47,797 bases of DNA. Origin: an uncultured Candidatus Saccharibacteria bacterium (lineage in GTDB: Bacteria > Patescibacteriota > Minisyncoccia > RBG-13-40-8-A > JAUWHN01). Made by a program: the position numbers and the translations under genes. The stretch lies in assembly GCA_964426965.1 (NCBI GenBank), contig CAYRSI010000001.1, forward strand, positions 1-47,797, in the 5' to 3' direction. The notes beneath the pieces were generated by a model. The model searched no databases, was not told the origin of the DNA, and saw only the letters and a program-made list of their open reading frames with translations. This document shows positions 21,958 to 31,009 of the stretch, piece after piece (position 1 is the stretch's first letter; each line of letters starts with the position of its first letter).

Positions 21958-23343
21958 CTAAGCCGACAGAGGAATCTGCCGGCTTTTGTGTTTCCTATAC
22001 CACCACAAAAATCCAATTAGTAGAATATAATAGCTCACTAACCAAACCCAATGAATATTGGAGATTTCTTTGCCAGCAAAAGGGATTTTGGAAAGGAGTT
22101 CGACGAGCTTAGTAATATAGGCAAATAAAAGCCAGACTGGCCAAATTAGAATTTTTCCCAAACTGAGCCATAGAACTGATCCCAGAGAAAAAATAAAACC
22201 AGCTCCCATAATATAGGGCAGAGCTGGCACAATCAGAACATTGGCCAATGGAGAAATAAAAGAAACTCTGCCAAAATTGTAAATTAAAATTGGCAAAGTT
22301 GCAATCTGAGCAGCAAGGGTCATAGCAACAATGCTTTTAGTCTCTTTTCTAAGCTTGCCTTCATCTAACCAAGTTTTAAATTTTTGCGGCAATATTTTGT
22401 TTAACCAATCATCAAAAATCGGTTTTAAATAAATAATGCCCAAAACTGCTAAAAAAGAAAGTTGAAAACCAACGTCAAATTTCAGAAGCAAGGGGTTTAA
22501 AGCCAGCATTATTGCTCCAACAAAAACTATAGCCCGACCAGAATTACCCAACCGACCAATTTTCTGAGCAAAGAGCAAAATGCCTCCCATTATTCCAGCC
22601 CTGACTGCTGAAGCTGGTGCGCCAACCATAATTATAAAAAGAATAAGTATTGCTAAGGCAAAATAAAACGCCTGGCCCCGCCAAAGGCCAACGCCGATTA
22701 ATAAATACATTAAGGCTTGAGTGATTATTAAAATATGCATTCCAGAAATCGCAACAATATGGCGAGTGCCAGTTATATTTAATTGTTCTTTTAGGTTTTC
22801 TGTTAAGCCCTTCTTATTTCCAAGAGTTAGTGCGCCCAAAATCGCGACTTCGGGCATTGGCATAATTTTCTCCACTGCCTGTTTTATTTTGTCTTTAAAA
22901 GAAAAAATTGCTTTATAAAAAAAATTGCCAAAATTTTTTCCAGTTGGCTCAATTTCTGGATAATAAATTACTGAATAAATCCCATTCTTAGCTAAATAAC
23001 CCTGGTAATTAAATTCTTCGAAAATTTCCGGGGTTTTTAATTTACCTGTTATTATTAATTCGTCGCCATATTGATACTCTGGATATCTTCTTGTTGTTAT
23101 TAAAACTTTTCCCTGCTCTGTTTGAATAGTTAACTTTGTATTACTGCTTCTTTTATCCGGCTCTTTTACTATTTCTCCGATAAAACTAATTTTCTCATCC
23201 AAGTCATTATAATAACTAACATGATTTTCTCCATATCTAAAAAATAAAAACTCCCAAACAGGTTTAGGAGTTTCAAATACTAATACTACAAACAACCCTC
23301 CGATAAAAACCAGGCAAATTACCAGCAAAATATTTGACTTCAT
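21958..23343 (-). CDS. comEC: ComEC/Rec2 DNA-uptake channel, membrane part (OB-like N-domain plus competence domain)
   Basis: 461 aa, multi-TM, with the TGTRHIVAISGMHI motif. Confidence 0.88.
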   Translation of the reverse strand: MKSNILLVICLVFIGGLFVVLVFETPKPVWEFLFFRYGENHVSYYNDLDEKISFIGEIVKEPDKRSSNTKLTIQTEQGKVLITTRRYPEYQYGDELIITGKLKTPEIFEEFNYQGYLAKNGIYSVIYYPEIEPTGKNFGNFFYKAIFSFKDKIKQAVEKIMPMPEVAILGALTLGNKKGLTENLKEQLNITGTRHIVAISGMHILIITQALMYLLIGVGLWRGQAFYFALAILILFIIMVGAPASAVRAGIMGGILLFAQKIGRLGNSGRAIVFVGAIMLALNPLLLKFDVGFQLSFLAVLGIIYLKPIFDDWLNKILPQKFKTWLDEGKLRKETKSIVAMTLAAQIATLPILIYNFGRVSFISPLANVLIVPALPYIMGAGFIFSLGSVLWLSLGKILIWPVWLLFAYITKLVELLSKIPFAGKEISNIHWVWLVSYYILLIGFLWWYRKHKSRQIPLSA

Positions 23344-23352
23344 TTAGTCAAA

Positions 23353-24489
23353 TTACTTTTTCTTCTTTCTTCTCACAAATGCCGGAATATCCCATTCATC
23401 GTTTTCCGGCGGTTCAATTAAGTCTAGATCATTGTTTTTCTTTTTTTTATCCTCTTCGTCTTTATCTTTAATAAAAGAAAATTTTTCTATCCCTTTTTCT
23501 TCTTTCTCTAATGGCAAAGCTGGGGTCGGTCCTGATTCTTCAAATCCAGTAGCAATAACAGTTACTTTTATTTCCCCTTTTCTCAACTTATCATCAATAA
23601 TGGCTCCAAAAATTACCTTTGCTTCTAGATCTATCAATTCGGTAATTGTCTGGGCTACTTCATTAACTTCAGCCATTGCCATATCTGAGCCACCGCTAAT
23701 GCAGAAAAGCACTCCTCTGGCTCCATCAACAGAAAGCTCTAATAAAGGAGAATTTATAGCTGCCCGCGCTGCCTCTACTGCCCGATCGCTACCCGTTGCC
23801 CGGCCAATTCCCATTAGAGCTGGGCCGCCGCCTTCCATTATTGTCTTAATATCAGCAAAATCCACATTAACTAATCCAGGGGTGGTAATTAAATCAGAAA
23901 TTCCCTGAACGCCTTGTCTTAAAACATCATCAACAACAGCAAAAGCATTAATTAAAGAAGTTTTTCTATCAATTACTTGGAGTATTTTATCATTAGGAAT
24001 AGTAATTAAAGTATCAACTCTTTCTCTAAGTTGCTCAAAAGCTTCTTCGGCAATTCGGGCCCGCTGATTTCCTTCCCAGCTAAACGGTTTAGTTACCACG
24101 GCTATTGTAAGAGCACCAAGATCTTTTGCCTCCTCAGCAATAACAGGACTAGCGCCAGAGCCAGTTCCTCCGCCAAGACCGCAAGTAATAAAAATCATAT
24201 CAAGATTCTTTAAGGCGTCGCGGATTTCTTCTCTATTTTCTTCAGCAGCCTGACGGCCAAGCTCTGGATTCATCCCAGCGCCCAAACCCTTGGTTAGTTC
24301 CCTTCCAATATGAATCTTTTCTGAGGCATTGCTGTAATGAAGGTCTTGAACATCAGTATTAACAGCGGCAAAACTTACTCCCTTTATACGGCAGGCTATC
24401 ATTCGACTAATAGCGTTTCCGCCGCTTCCTCCAATACCAATTACTTTGATTTTGGCAAAAGTTTCAATTTCGGGTTTAATTTGAGGCAC
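23353..24489 (-). CDS. ftsZ: cell division protein FtsZ (GTG start)
   Basis: GIGGSGGNA and GLGGGTGSGASPV motifs. Confidence 0.97.
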   Translation of the reverse strand: MPQIKPEIETFAKIKVIGIGGSGGNAISRMIACRIKGVSFAAVNTDVQDLHYSNASEKIHIGRELTKGLGAGMNPELGRQAAEENREEIRDALKNLDMIFITCGLGGGTGSGASPVIAEEAKDLGALTIAVVTKPFSWEGNQRARIAEEAFEQLRERVDTLITIPNDKILQVIDRKTSLINAFAVVDDVLRQGVQGISDLITTPGLVNVDFADIKTIMEGGGPALMGIGRATGSDRAVEAARAAINSPLLELSVDGARGVLFCISGGSDMAMAEVNEVAQTITELIDLEAKVIFGAIIDDKLRKGEIKVTVIATGFEESGPTPALPLEKEEKGIEKFSFIKDKDEEDKKKKNNDLDLIEPPENDEWDIPAFVRRKKKK

Positions 24490-24621
24490 ATTTCTTCGCT
24501 TCGCTCAGTCAAATTAAAAATTAAAAATTAAAAATTAAAAGTTGACCGATCAAAACATTTAAACATTGGGGTTAATCTTGTAATTTATTTTATCCTAATA
24601 AAAACTTTATGGCAAGTGAAA
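24490..24621. repeat. ftsA|ftsZ spacer: degenerate cassette words plus (ATTAAAA)x4
   Basis: TTCGCTTCGCTCAG abuts the ftsZ start. GTTGACCGATC (24541-24551) equals a word of cassettes 2 and 3. The 7-mer tandem is at 24513-24540. Confidence 0.7.
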
Positions 24622-25869
24622 TTACGGCAAAAGGGCCCTGAACCACTTTTTTATTTTACCAACCGTAGCCGAGGCCGAGGGAACACCCGGCAAAAAAGTT
24701 AACCCTTCATCACCGCTCCTCTCAAGCTCTAATGCCCAAAGGATTAAACCAGTGGCAGTAGCAAAAGCTGGATTATCAACTTTTTCTACAATCCCCTCCA
24801 CCTCAAAAGGAATACCCATTTGAGACGGTAGGCCGAGTTCTTTTTTAGCAATCTCAACTATCCCTGGCATTAAGGAACCCCCGCCAACTAAAACAACTCC
24901 AGCTGGCAACAGTCTCTGTTTGCCAATCTTCTTTAATTCCCGATTAACTAAATCAAAAATCTCTTGCGTTCTAGCTTCAATTATCTTAGCAACTTCTCGC
25001 TTATTCACTGTTCCTTCCTCATTCTCGTCTAATTCAGATAAATTTATAATCTCTTTTTTCTTAATTTCAGAAGGCAAAGCCGAACCGTACTGCAACTTTA
25101 TATTTTCAGCCAAATCAGTGTCTGTTCGTAAACCTATGGCAATATCACTAGTTATATGAGCAGTCCCAACAGGTAAAATATGAGCGTAAAGCAGCTTACC
25201 TTCTTCATATACTGCCATTCCAGTTGTTCCGCCTCCTAAATCTAAAACTAAAACCCCCAACTCTTTTTGGCGCTTATTAAGAACTGACTGAGAAGCAGCT
25301 AAAACATTTAAAACTAATCCATCAACTTTAATTCCTAAATTAGAAACGCATTTTGCTAAATTTTTAATATATGGTGTTAAGCCGTCAATAATTAAGGCAT
25401 CTACTTCTAATCTTGCTCCGGTCATTCCTAATGGATCCTGGATCCCCTCCTCATCATCAACCTTAAATTCTCGGGGTATAACATGAAGAATTTCCCTATT
25501 AGAGGGAAGTGATAAGGCAGAAGCTGAATCTATAACCCGCGATATATCTTCTCTGGAAACTTCTTGATCGGCCCGAGAAACTGCTACTAATCCTTTATTA
25601 ACCCTGATGCTAATATGATTTCCTCCAATGCCCACATAGGCGCGCTGAATAGGAACTCCGCTATTTAACTCGGCTTGCTCAACTGACTTTTTAATGCTAT
25701 CAATAACCTCCTCAATATCAACAACTATCCCCTTTCTCATTCCATTAGATGGAACTTCGCCCACTCCAATTATTCTGGGCTTTTCATCTTCTCGCTTGAA
25801 AGAAGCAACTACTGTTCTTATTTTGCTGGTTCCTATATCCAAGCCAGTTATTATATTAGTTCTTGCCAT
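24622..25869 (-). CDS. ftsA: cell division protein FtsA
   Basis: 415 aa, actin-like ATPase motifs (GLDIGTSKI, DLGGGTT). Confidence 0.95.
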   Translation of the reverse strand: MARTNIITGLDIGTSKIRTVVASFKREDEKPRIIGVGEVPSNGMRKGIVVDIEEVIDSIKKSVEQAELNSGVPIQRAYVGIGGNHISIRVNKGLVAVSRADQEVSREDISRVIDSASALSLPSNREILHVIPREFKVDDEEGIQDPLGMTGARLEVDALIIDGLTPYIKNLAKCVSNLGIKVDGLVLNVLAASQSVLNKRQKELGVLVLDLGGGTTGMAVYEEGKLLYAHILPVGTAHITSDIAIGLRTDTDLAENIKLQYGSALPSEIKKKEIINLSELDENEEGTVNKREVAKIIEARTQEIFDLVNRELKKIGKQRLLPAGVVLVGGGSLMPGIVEIAKKELGLPSQMGIPFEVEGIVEKVDNPAFATATGLILWALELERSGDEGLTFLPGVPSASATVGKIKKWFRALLP

Positions 25870-26240
25870 ATTTCTTCTTGCGCTCTTACCATTTTATTAT
25901 AATCCTTTTTTGTCTCATCGTCATATCCCGCTAAATGTAAAATGCCGTGGATTAATAAAATTGCTAATTCTTTTTCAAGAGAATGGCCTAATTTACGTGC
26001 CTGTCTTTTTGCTTGAGGCAAACAAATAAATATCTCGCCATAATCAAAAGCTAAAACATCCGTCACCTTATTTCTTTTTCGATACTTCTTATTTAACTCT
26101 TTTATTTTAGCATCTCCAACCAAAACTATACTAATTCCTGGTATCTTAATTTTCAAAATCTTTAAAGTTTTTTCAACGACTTTTTCTAAAAACCCCCTAT
26201 CAACTTTCCCTCTCGTCAAATTATTAATTTCAAATTTCAT
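25851..26240 (-). CDS. ybeY: rRNA maturation endoribonuclease YbeY
   Basis: HGILHLAGYDD motif. Confidence 0.92.
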   Translation of the reverse strand: MKFEINNLTRGKVDRGFLEKVVEKTLKILKIKIPGISIVLVGDAKIKELNKKYRKRNKVTDVLAFDYGEIFICLPQAKRQARKLGHSLEKELAILLIHGILHLAGYDDETKKDYNKMVRAQEEIWQELI

Positions 26241-26734
26241 AACTCGCCCCTCAATAACTCACTGACTATTTTGCTTACTACTCCTCCTTCGGCCTTGCCT
26301 TTGAGTTTCGGCATTAGGGCGCCCATGACTTTGCCAGTATCTTGAGGACCAGCAGCGCCAGTTTCTTCAATCACTTTTTTTGCCTCTTCTCTAATCTGTT
26401 CTTCGCTCATTTGCTCGGGTAAATATTTCTTCAAGATCTCTAATTCTTTTTCTTCTTTTTCTACTAAATCATCTCGTCCGCCTTTTTTAAACTCTTCAAT
26501 AGAATCTTTTCTTTTTTTAGCCTCACTCGAAATCACTTCCATTACTTCTTCTTCAGTTAATTTACTTAGTTCTTTTAACTTTTCTATATCCTTTTCTTGT
26601 TTGCTTAATTTCGTTCTCTTCTCAATCTCTTTATTGTGAATAGCCGCATTTATTCCTCGCAACACTAATAATAGCAATTCGTTCTTATCTTGCATTGCTT
26701 TTTTTAGCTCGTTATTTATTTTTTCTTTTAACAT
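26237..26734 (-). CDS. yqeY: GatB/YqeY domain protein
   Basis: Start set at ATG 26732-26734 (MLKEKINNELKKAM...). The upstream part of the track ORF is spacer repeat. Confidence 0.85.
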   Translation of the reverse strand: MLKEKINNELKKAMQDKNELLLLVLRGINAAIHNKEIEKRTKLSKQEKDIEKLKELSKLTEEEVMEVISSEAKKRKDSIEEFKKGGRDDLVEKEEKELEILKKYLPEQMSEEQIREEAKKVIEETGAAGPQDTGKVMGALMPKLKGKAEGGVVSKIVSELLRGEL

Positions 26735-26859
26735 GTAGAAGCAGATTTGCGCCGATCTTGTGCCTTCGGCAATACGCTGATATACGCTGAATAAATTTGA
26801 CATCTGCGTTGTTCTGCGTATTTCGCGAAGCGAATCCAATCTGCGCGTATCTGCGATTA
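26735..26859. repeat. rpsU|yqeY spacer built from CGCAGA/ACGCTGA words and GNA-loop hairpins
   Basis: TGCC-TTC-GGCA (26761-26771), TTCGC-GAA-GCGAA (26822-26834), ACGCTGA x2, CTGCG x4. Confidence 0.7.
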
Positions 26860-27078
26860 TTATTTAAGTAACCCTAATTTCTCCATTCTCTCTCTCTCCT
26901 TTCTAATTTTCTCCCGACGTAAAGCATCTTTTCTTCGTAAATTTTTACTCCTTTTCCTTTTTTGAAATCGCGCCTTTCGAGCCGACAACAAAATCCCGCT
27001 TAACTGAACCTTGCGGGAAAAACGCCTTAACATTCCACTGGTGCTTTCTCTTGTTTTTTTTCTTACTTCAACAGCCAT
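26860..27078 (-). CDS. rpsU: 30S ribosomal protein S21
   Basis: Start set at ATG 27076-27078 after GGGAGGAA. MAVEVRKKTRESTSGMLRRFSRKV... Confidence 0.9.
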   Translation of the reverse strand: MAVEVRKKTRESTSGMLRRFSRKVQLSGILLSARKARFQKRKRSKNLRRKDALRREKIRKERERMEKLGLLK

Positions 27079-27150
27079 AATTCCTCCCGAATTACGAATC
27101 AAAAGCGAATTGCGAATTCGTAATTCGATTAATATTCGTAATTCGTAGGT
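27079..27150. repeat. CGAAT-word spacer element (HIT|rpsU)
   Basis: CGAATTACGAAT and two ATTCGTAATTCG copies form inverted repeats. Same word family as 6206-6380 and 30144-30159. Confidence 0.8.
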
Positions 27151-27471
27151 CTAATGCCAGCCGCCGAGCAAATGTAAATGCAAATGATCGACTATCTGGC
27201 CGCCTCTTCGACCAACATTAAAATTTAATTTATAGCCATGGGAAATTTTTTGCTGCTTTGCTATTTTTTTGGCTAATAAGAATAAATCGCCTATGAGGTC
27301 TTTGTGTTTTTCTTTTAAATCATTAAATGAACTAATATGAACCTTGGGAACTAATAAAAGATGAATCGGGGCTACTGGGTTAATATCCTTAAATGCTATA
27401 AAATTAGCGTCTTCATAAACAATATCAGACGATATTTCTTTATTAATGATGTTGCAAAATATACAATCCAT
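27151..27471 (-). CDS. HIT-family (histidine triad) protein
   Basis: HLHLHLLGG motif; 106 aa. Confidence 0.92.
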   Translation of the reverse strand: MDCIFCNIINKEISSDIVYEDANFIAFKDINPVAPIHLLLVPKVHISSFNDLKEKHKDLIGDLFLLAKKIAKQQKISHGYKLNFNVGRRGGQIVDHLHLHLLGGWH

Positions 27472-27566
27472 ATTAGCTCGCTTCGCGAGCGGTTGACCAG
27501 TCGCCTACGGCAACTTTGGATGATCGGTCCGACGGCCATCGGACCTTGGATGATGGATGAAATGGA

Positions 27567-27603
27567 TTACTTTATTAAAAATTTCGAAATGATATTTTTT
27601 GTA
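27567..27603 (-). pseudogene. four-helix-bundle gene remnant with internal deletion (5' 19 nt fused to last 5 codons plus stop)
   Basis: 27567-27584 matches 1103-1120 (KFLIK*). 27585-27603 matches 1444-1462 (the KKYHFE region) with 1 mismatch. Confidence 0.75.
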
Positions 27604-27644
27604 CATAGAATTGACAAATCTATCTCTTTTTCTCTTTCATAGAT

Positions 27645-27821
27645 TTATTTCTTTTTCTTCTTCCAATCCTTAATCAAAATATCATGCTTTCGGCCGCCGA
27701 AGAGAATTTCTAGTTTTTGACGTTCGCGCCAGCCGAATTTTTCTATTAATCTTTTCGGTAGGTTAATTGAATAGCTGTGGCTACTCACTTTTTGTAATTT
27801 TCTAACAAATTTTTGTGCCAT
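27645..27821 (-). CDS. AbrB/MazE/SpoVT-type DNA-binding protein, copy 2 (58 aa)
   Basis: Only a handful of nucleotide differences from the 4156-4338 copy over ~170 nt, by eye. Start at ATG 27819-27821. Confidence 0.75.
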   Translation of the reverse strand: MAQKFVRKLQKVSSHSYSINLPKRLIEKFGWRERQKLEILFGGRKHDILIKDWKKKKK

Positions 27822-27828
27822 ATTTATA

Positions 27829-27860
27829 GTATATACGATAGTATATACGTTCGTATATAC
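27829..27860 (-). promoter_or_regulatory. Phased GTATATAC array (x3, 12-bp period)
   Basis: GTATATAC at 27829, 27841 and 27853. One 12-bp unit fewer than copy 1. Confidence 0.6.
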
Positions 27861-27919
27861 GAACCATCTCAACCAAACGAACGAAGTGAGTGATCAACCA
27901 AGCGAAGCGATCAACCAAT

Positions 27920-29251
27920 TCACCCCTTAGCAAGTCTTTTTTTCACCTCTTTAATTACTTTATTAAATGACACTGTTTCCTGAACGCCTGATTTCATGTC
28001 CCTTATAATAATACTATCTTCTAATGCTTCTTTTTGCCCAAGAATCAAGGCAATGTCAGCCCCTAATCTATCAGCAACCTTGAGTTGAGATTTTATGCTC
28101 GGCTTGCTTAAGGCTTCGGCCACTTTCAAACCTCTGCTCCGCAATTCTTCAAATAATTTAAGGCTCTTCCTCCGAGCCAAGTTTCCTAATTGAACTAAAA
28201 ATATCTTGGGCAAAGCTTCCTGGGGAATTTTTATATCCTTAGCTTTTAAAACGGAAATTATTCTTTCCATCCCTCCGGCTATTCCTACGGCTGGCGTTGG
28301 CTTTCCTCCCAAAAGCTCAACTAATCCATCATAACGACCACCGCCAGCTAATTCTATTGAGTTCGGCCCCTCTAATTTAAACTCAAAAACAGTCTTTGTA
28401 TAATAATCTAATCCCCTAACCAAATAAGGATTAAGGATATAAGGAATCTCTAATTCGTCAAGAGACTCTAAAACCTCTTTAAAATGATTATGACATTCGT
28501 CGCATAAATAATCAATTGCCTGAGGAGCATTGCCGGCTAACTGTCTACACTTTTCTTCTTTGCAGTCAAGAAGACGAAGAGGATTTGTCTTTAGGCGTTC
28601 TCGGCAAAAACGACAGAGTTTTCTGGCTTGCTTTCGGTAATAGCTAGTTAAAAGTTTTTTGTAATCAGGTCGACACTCAGGACAGCCAATGCTGCTAATC
28701 TGGAGGATGACTCCTTTAATGCCTAATTTTTTGAAAATAAGAGAAACGAGTTGAATAAGTGAGACATCGTTGATGGGAGTTGCATCTCCAATAACTTCAA
28801 AATTAAGCTGATGAAACTGGCGAAAGCGACCGGCTTGAGGTTTTTCATGGCGGAAAAGCGGGCCAATAGAAAATAACTTAACTGGTTGAGGCCGATTCTT
28901 CATTCCGTGCTGAATATAAGCTCTAACTACGCTGGGAGTGAATTCTGGACGAAGAGCTAAATGATCTCTTCCTTTAGTGTGAAAAGCGTACATTTCCTTC
29001 TGAACAATATCAGTGGATGTGCCCGTTCCTTTCATAAATAACTGAGCATCTTCAAAAATAGGAGTATTAATAGCTGAAAATCCATAGGCAGTAGCTAATT
29101 GTTTTGCCACCCCCCTAACTCGTTCCCAGTATTTCTGCTCTTTTGGCAAAATATCAAAAGTCCCCTTTGGCGCTTGAAATTTCATCTTTCGCGAAGAGGG
29201 TTTTGATGGCGTTATTTTTTTTGTTGTTTTTTTTCTTTTTCCTCTTGGCAT
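27920..29251 (-). CDS. hisS: histidine--tRNA ligase (possible Lys-rich N-terminal extension)
   Basis: FQAPKGTFDILP, RPEFT and GGGRYD motifs. The first ATG is at 29249-29251; the conserved core begins at MKFQAPKG (ATG 29185), so the start is uncertain. Confidence 0.92.
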   Translation of the reverse strand: MPRGKRKKTTKKITPSKPSSRKMKFQAPKGTFDILPKEQKYWERVRGVAKQLATAYGFSAINTPIFEDAQLFMKGTGTSTDIVQKEMYAFHTKGRDHLALRPEFTPSVVRAYIQHGMKNRPQPVKLFSIGPLFRHEKPQAGRFRQFHQLNFEVIGDATPINDVSLIQLVSLIFKKLGIKGVILQISSIGCPECRPDYKKLLTSYYRKQARKLCRFCRERLKTNPLRLLDCKEEKCRQLAGNAPQAIDYLCDECHNHFKEVLESLDELEIPYILNPYLVRGLDYYTKTVFEFKLEGPNSIELAGGGRYDGLVELLGGKPTPAVGIAGGMERIISVLKAKDIKIPQEALPKIFLVQLGNLARRKSLKLFEELRSRGLKVAEALSKPSIKSQLKVADRLGADIALILGQKEALEDSIIIRDMKSGVQETVSFNKVIKEVKKRLAKG

Positions 29252-29252
29252 A

Positions 29253-29843
29253 TTAATCAAGTATCCCAAATTTATTAAACGGCCAGGCCCTTATCCAAGC
29301 TCGACCAATAATATAGTGACGGGGAACAGCTCCCCATCTTCGGGAATCAGAAGAGGCCTGACGATTATCTCCTAAGACAAAGTAGTCATTTTCATCAAGA
29401 TTTGTTTCCAGATTTCCAGGAGTAAATCTATCTTCTTCTTCTAGATAAGCTGATTCATCAAGAGTGAACCCAGAAGGGTCCTGCTCGTTAAAAATAATTA
29501 CATTCCCATCCTTGATTCTTATAACTTCATTAGGCAAACCAACTACTCTTTTGATATAATACTGAGAAGGGTCTTTTGGATATTTAAATATTACTACATC
29601 CCCTCTTCGGGGTTCATGAAATCGATAACTAATCTCATTAACTATTAAGTATTCGCCATTTTCAAAATTTGGTTCCATTGAAGCGCCTCTAACAAAAAAC
29701 GGCTGAAATAAAAAATAACGAATGGGAATAATAATGACCAAAGAAATAATAACTACTTTGGCTGTTTCCCAAGCAAAGCTTAAAACATAACGCCAGAATT
29801 TAATTTTAGGCTCGTTTTCTTTTTGTTTTTCTTTTTCTGTCAT
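29253..29843 (-). CDS. lepB: signal peptidase I
   Basis: GASMEPNF (Ser box), RGDVVIF, GDNRQASSDSR. Confidence 0.92.
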   Translation of the reverse strand: MTEKEKQKENEPKIKFWRYVLSFAWETAKVVIISLVIIIPIRYFLFQPFFVRGASMEPNFENGEYLIVNEISYRFHEPRRGDVVIFKYPKDPSQYYIKRVVGLPNEVIRIKDGNVIIFNEQDPSGFTLDESAYLEEEDRFTPGNLETNLDENDYFVLGDNRQASSDSRRWGAVPRHYIIGRAWIRAWPFNKFGILD

Positions 29844-29970
29844 ATTACTATAATAATTATACTATAAAAATTTCTCAATTACAACCAGGTACTACAAATT
29901 ATGGTATAATGAAAATATGAACCTCGTTAGAGATTACTATATTTCTATAAGGGGATCATAAAATAATATT

Positions 29971-31005
29971 ATGAAGCAAGAACAAAAAATCTCTAACGGG
30001 GTAAATTTGGATAAAACTTTAACCACACTAATAACTATATTAGTTCTGCTCGCTTTGGTTCTCCCGCTTTCCAAATTAATTACTAAAAAAAGAGTGATTA
30101 TAATTGGGAATTCTTCGAATTCCCTTGCGAATTATGAACCTAGGCGAATTACGAATAATCCTCTTGGGGCTCGCGTCTTGGTAATCCCGAACGAAAACGA
30201 GAATAATAGGATAAATGCTTTTTTCCTGGGTATCCCTGGCAAAGGCAATAGTGCCCCTAATTTGACAGATACTCTAATGGTAATGAGCATTAATCAAACA
30301 AGCAAGCAGGGATTTTTATTGTCTATTCCCCGCGACCTGGTGGTGAAAATTCCCAATACAAACTTTTACACAAAAATCAACGCCCTTTATCAACAAAAAG
30401 GAATAGAAGTTGTTCAAAGTGTCTTAAAAGAAATTACTGGTTTAGATTTTGATTATAATATTACTATTGACCTTCAAGGAGTTAAAAAAATCATTGACCA
30501 AGTTGGAGGAATTGACATTTCTGTAGAAGAAAATATTTATGACCCGGCCTTTCCAGGCCCTAATAATTCTTACCAACTTTTTACTCTTAAAAAGGGACAG
30601 CAGCATCTTAATGGTGAAACTGCCTTAAGATACATCCGAACCCGCCATGAACCTACCGGCGATTTTGCCCGAATGTCTCGCCAACAAAAAGTCTTAATTG
30701 CCCTTAAAGAGCAAATTTCCTCGCTTCACCCGATTCAAGATTTAGACGTTGTTTTAAATATCTGGGAAACTCTAAAAAATAACTTTCAAACTAATTTATC
30801 CTTATACAATATAAAAAGCCTTTGGGAAACAATTGGGGATATTAATCTTGAAAAAACCGAATTTAAGGTACTTGACCCAACAACCGGCTTAGTGGTTGCT
30901 GACCACATGATTCTTGGGAGCGCAAAGGCATACATACTCAGACCTAAAAAGGGACTAAATGACTATACAGAAATTCAGGAATATATTGGTAATCTCGCAA
31001 AATAA
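29971..31005 (+). CDS. LytR-CpsA-Psr (LCP) family protein
   Basis: N-terminal TM helix, TDTLMVMSIN, SIPRDL, ALRYIRTRH. Confidence 0.88.
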   Translation: MKQEQKISNGVNLDKTLTTLITILVLLALVLPLSKLITKKRVIIIGNSSNSLANYEPRRITNNPLGARVLVIPNENENNRINAFFLGIPGKGNSAPNLTDTLMVMSINQTSKQGFLLSIPRDLVVKIPNTNFYTKINALYQQKGIEVVQSVLKEITGLDFDYNITIDLQGVKKIIDQVGGIDISVEENIYDPAFPGPNNSYQLFTLKKGQQHLNGETALRYIRTRHEPTGDFARMSRQQKVLIALKEQISSLHPIQDLDVVLNIWETLKNNFQTNLSLYNIKSLWETIGDINLEKTEFKVLDPTTGLVVADHMILGSAKAYILRPKKGLNDYTEIQEYIGNLAK

Positions 31006-31009
31006 ATCT

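Larger units (their letters stand above)
27472..27919 (-). repeat. IVS-like inverted-repeat cassette, copy 3 (cargo: AbrB-like gene plus deleted four-helix-bundle remnant)
   Basis: Hairpins at 27476-27490, 27499-27515 and 27526-27545. TTGGATGATC at 27516-27525 and GATCAACCAA twice in 27890-27918. Spans from the hisS stop to the HIT ATG. Confidence 0.9.

Noticed and set aside
26735-26839. N-terminal 35 aa of the YqeY track ORF, and similar upstream extensions of rpsU (27079-27102), rpmC, rplP, rplC, pth and the 46578 gene.
   Set aside because: In each case the conserved protein begins at an internal ATG, often with an SD. The extra residues are translated spacer repeats or the end of the upstream gene.
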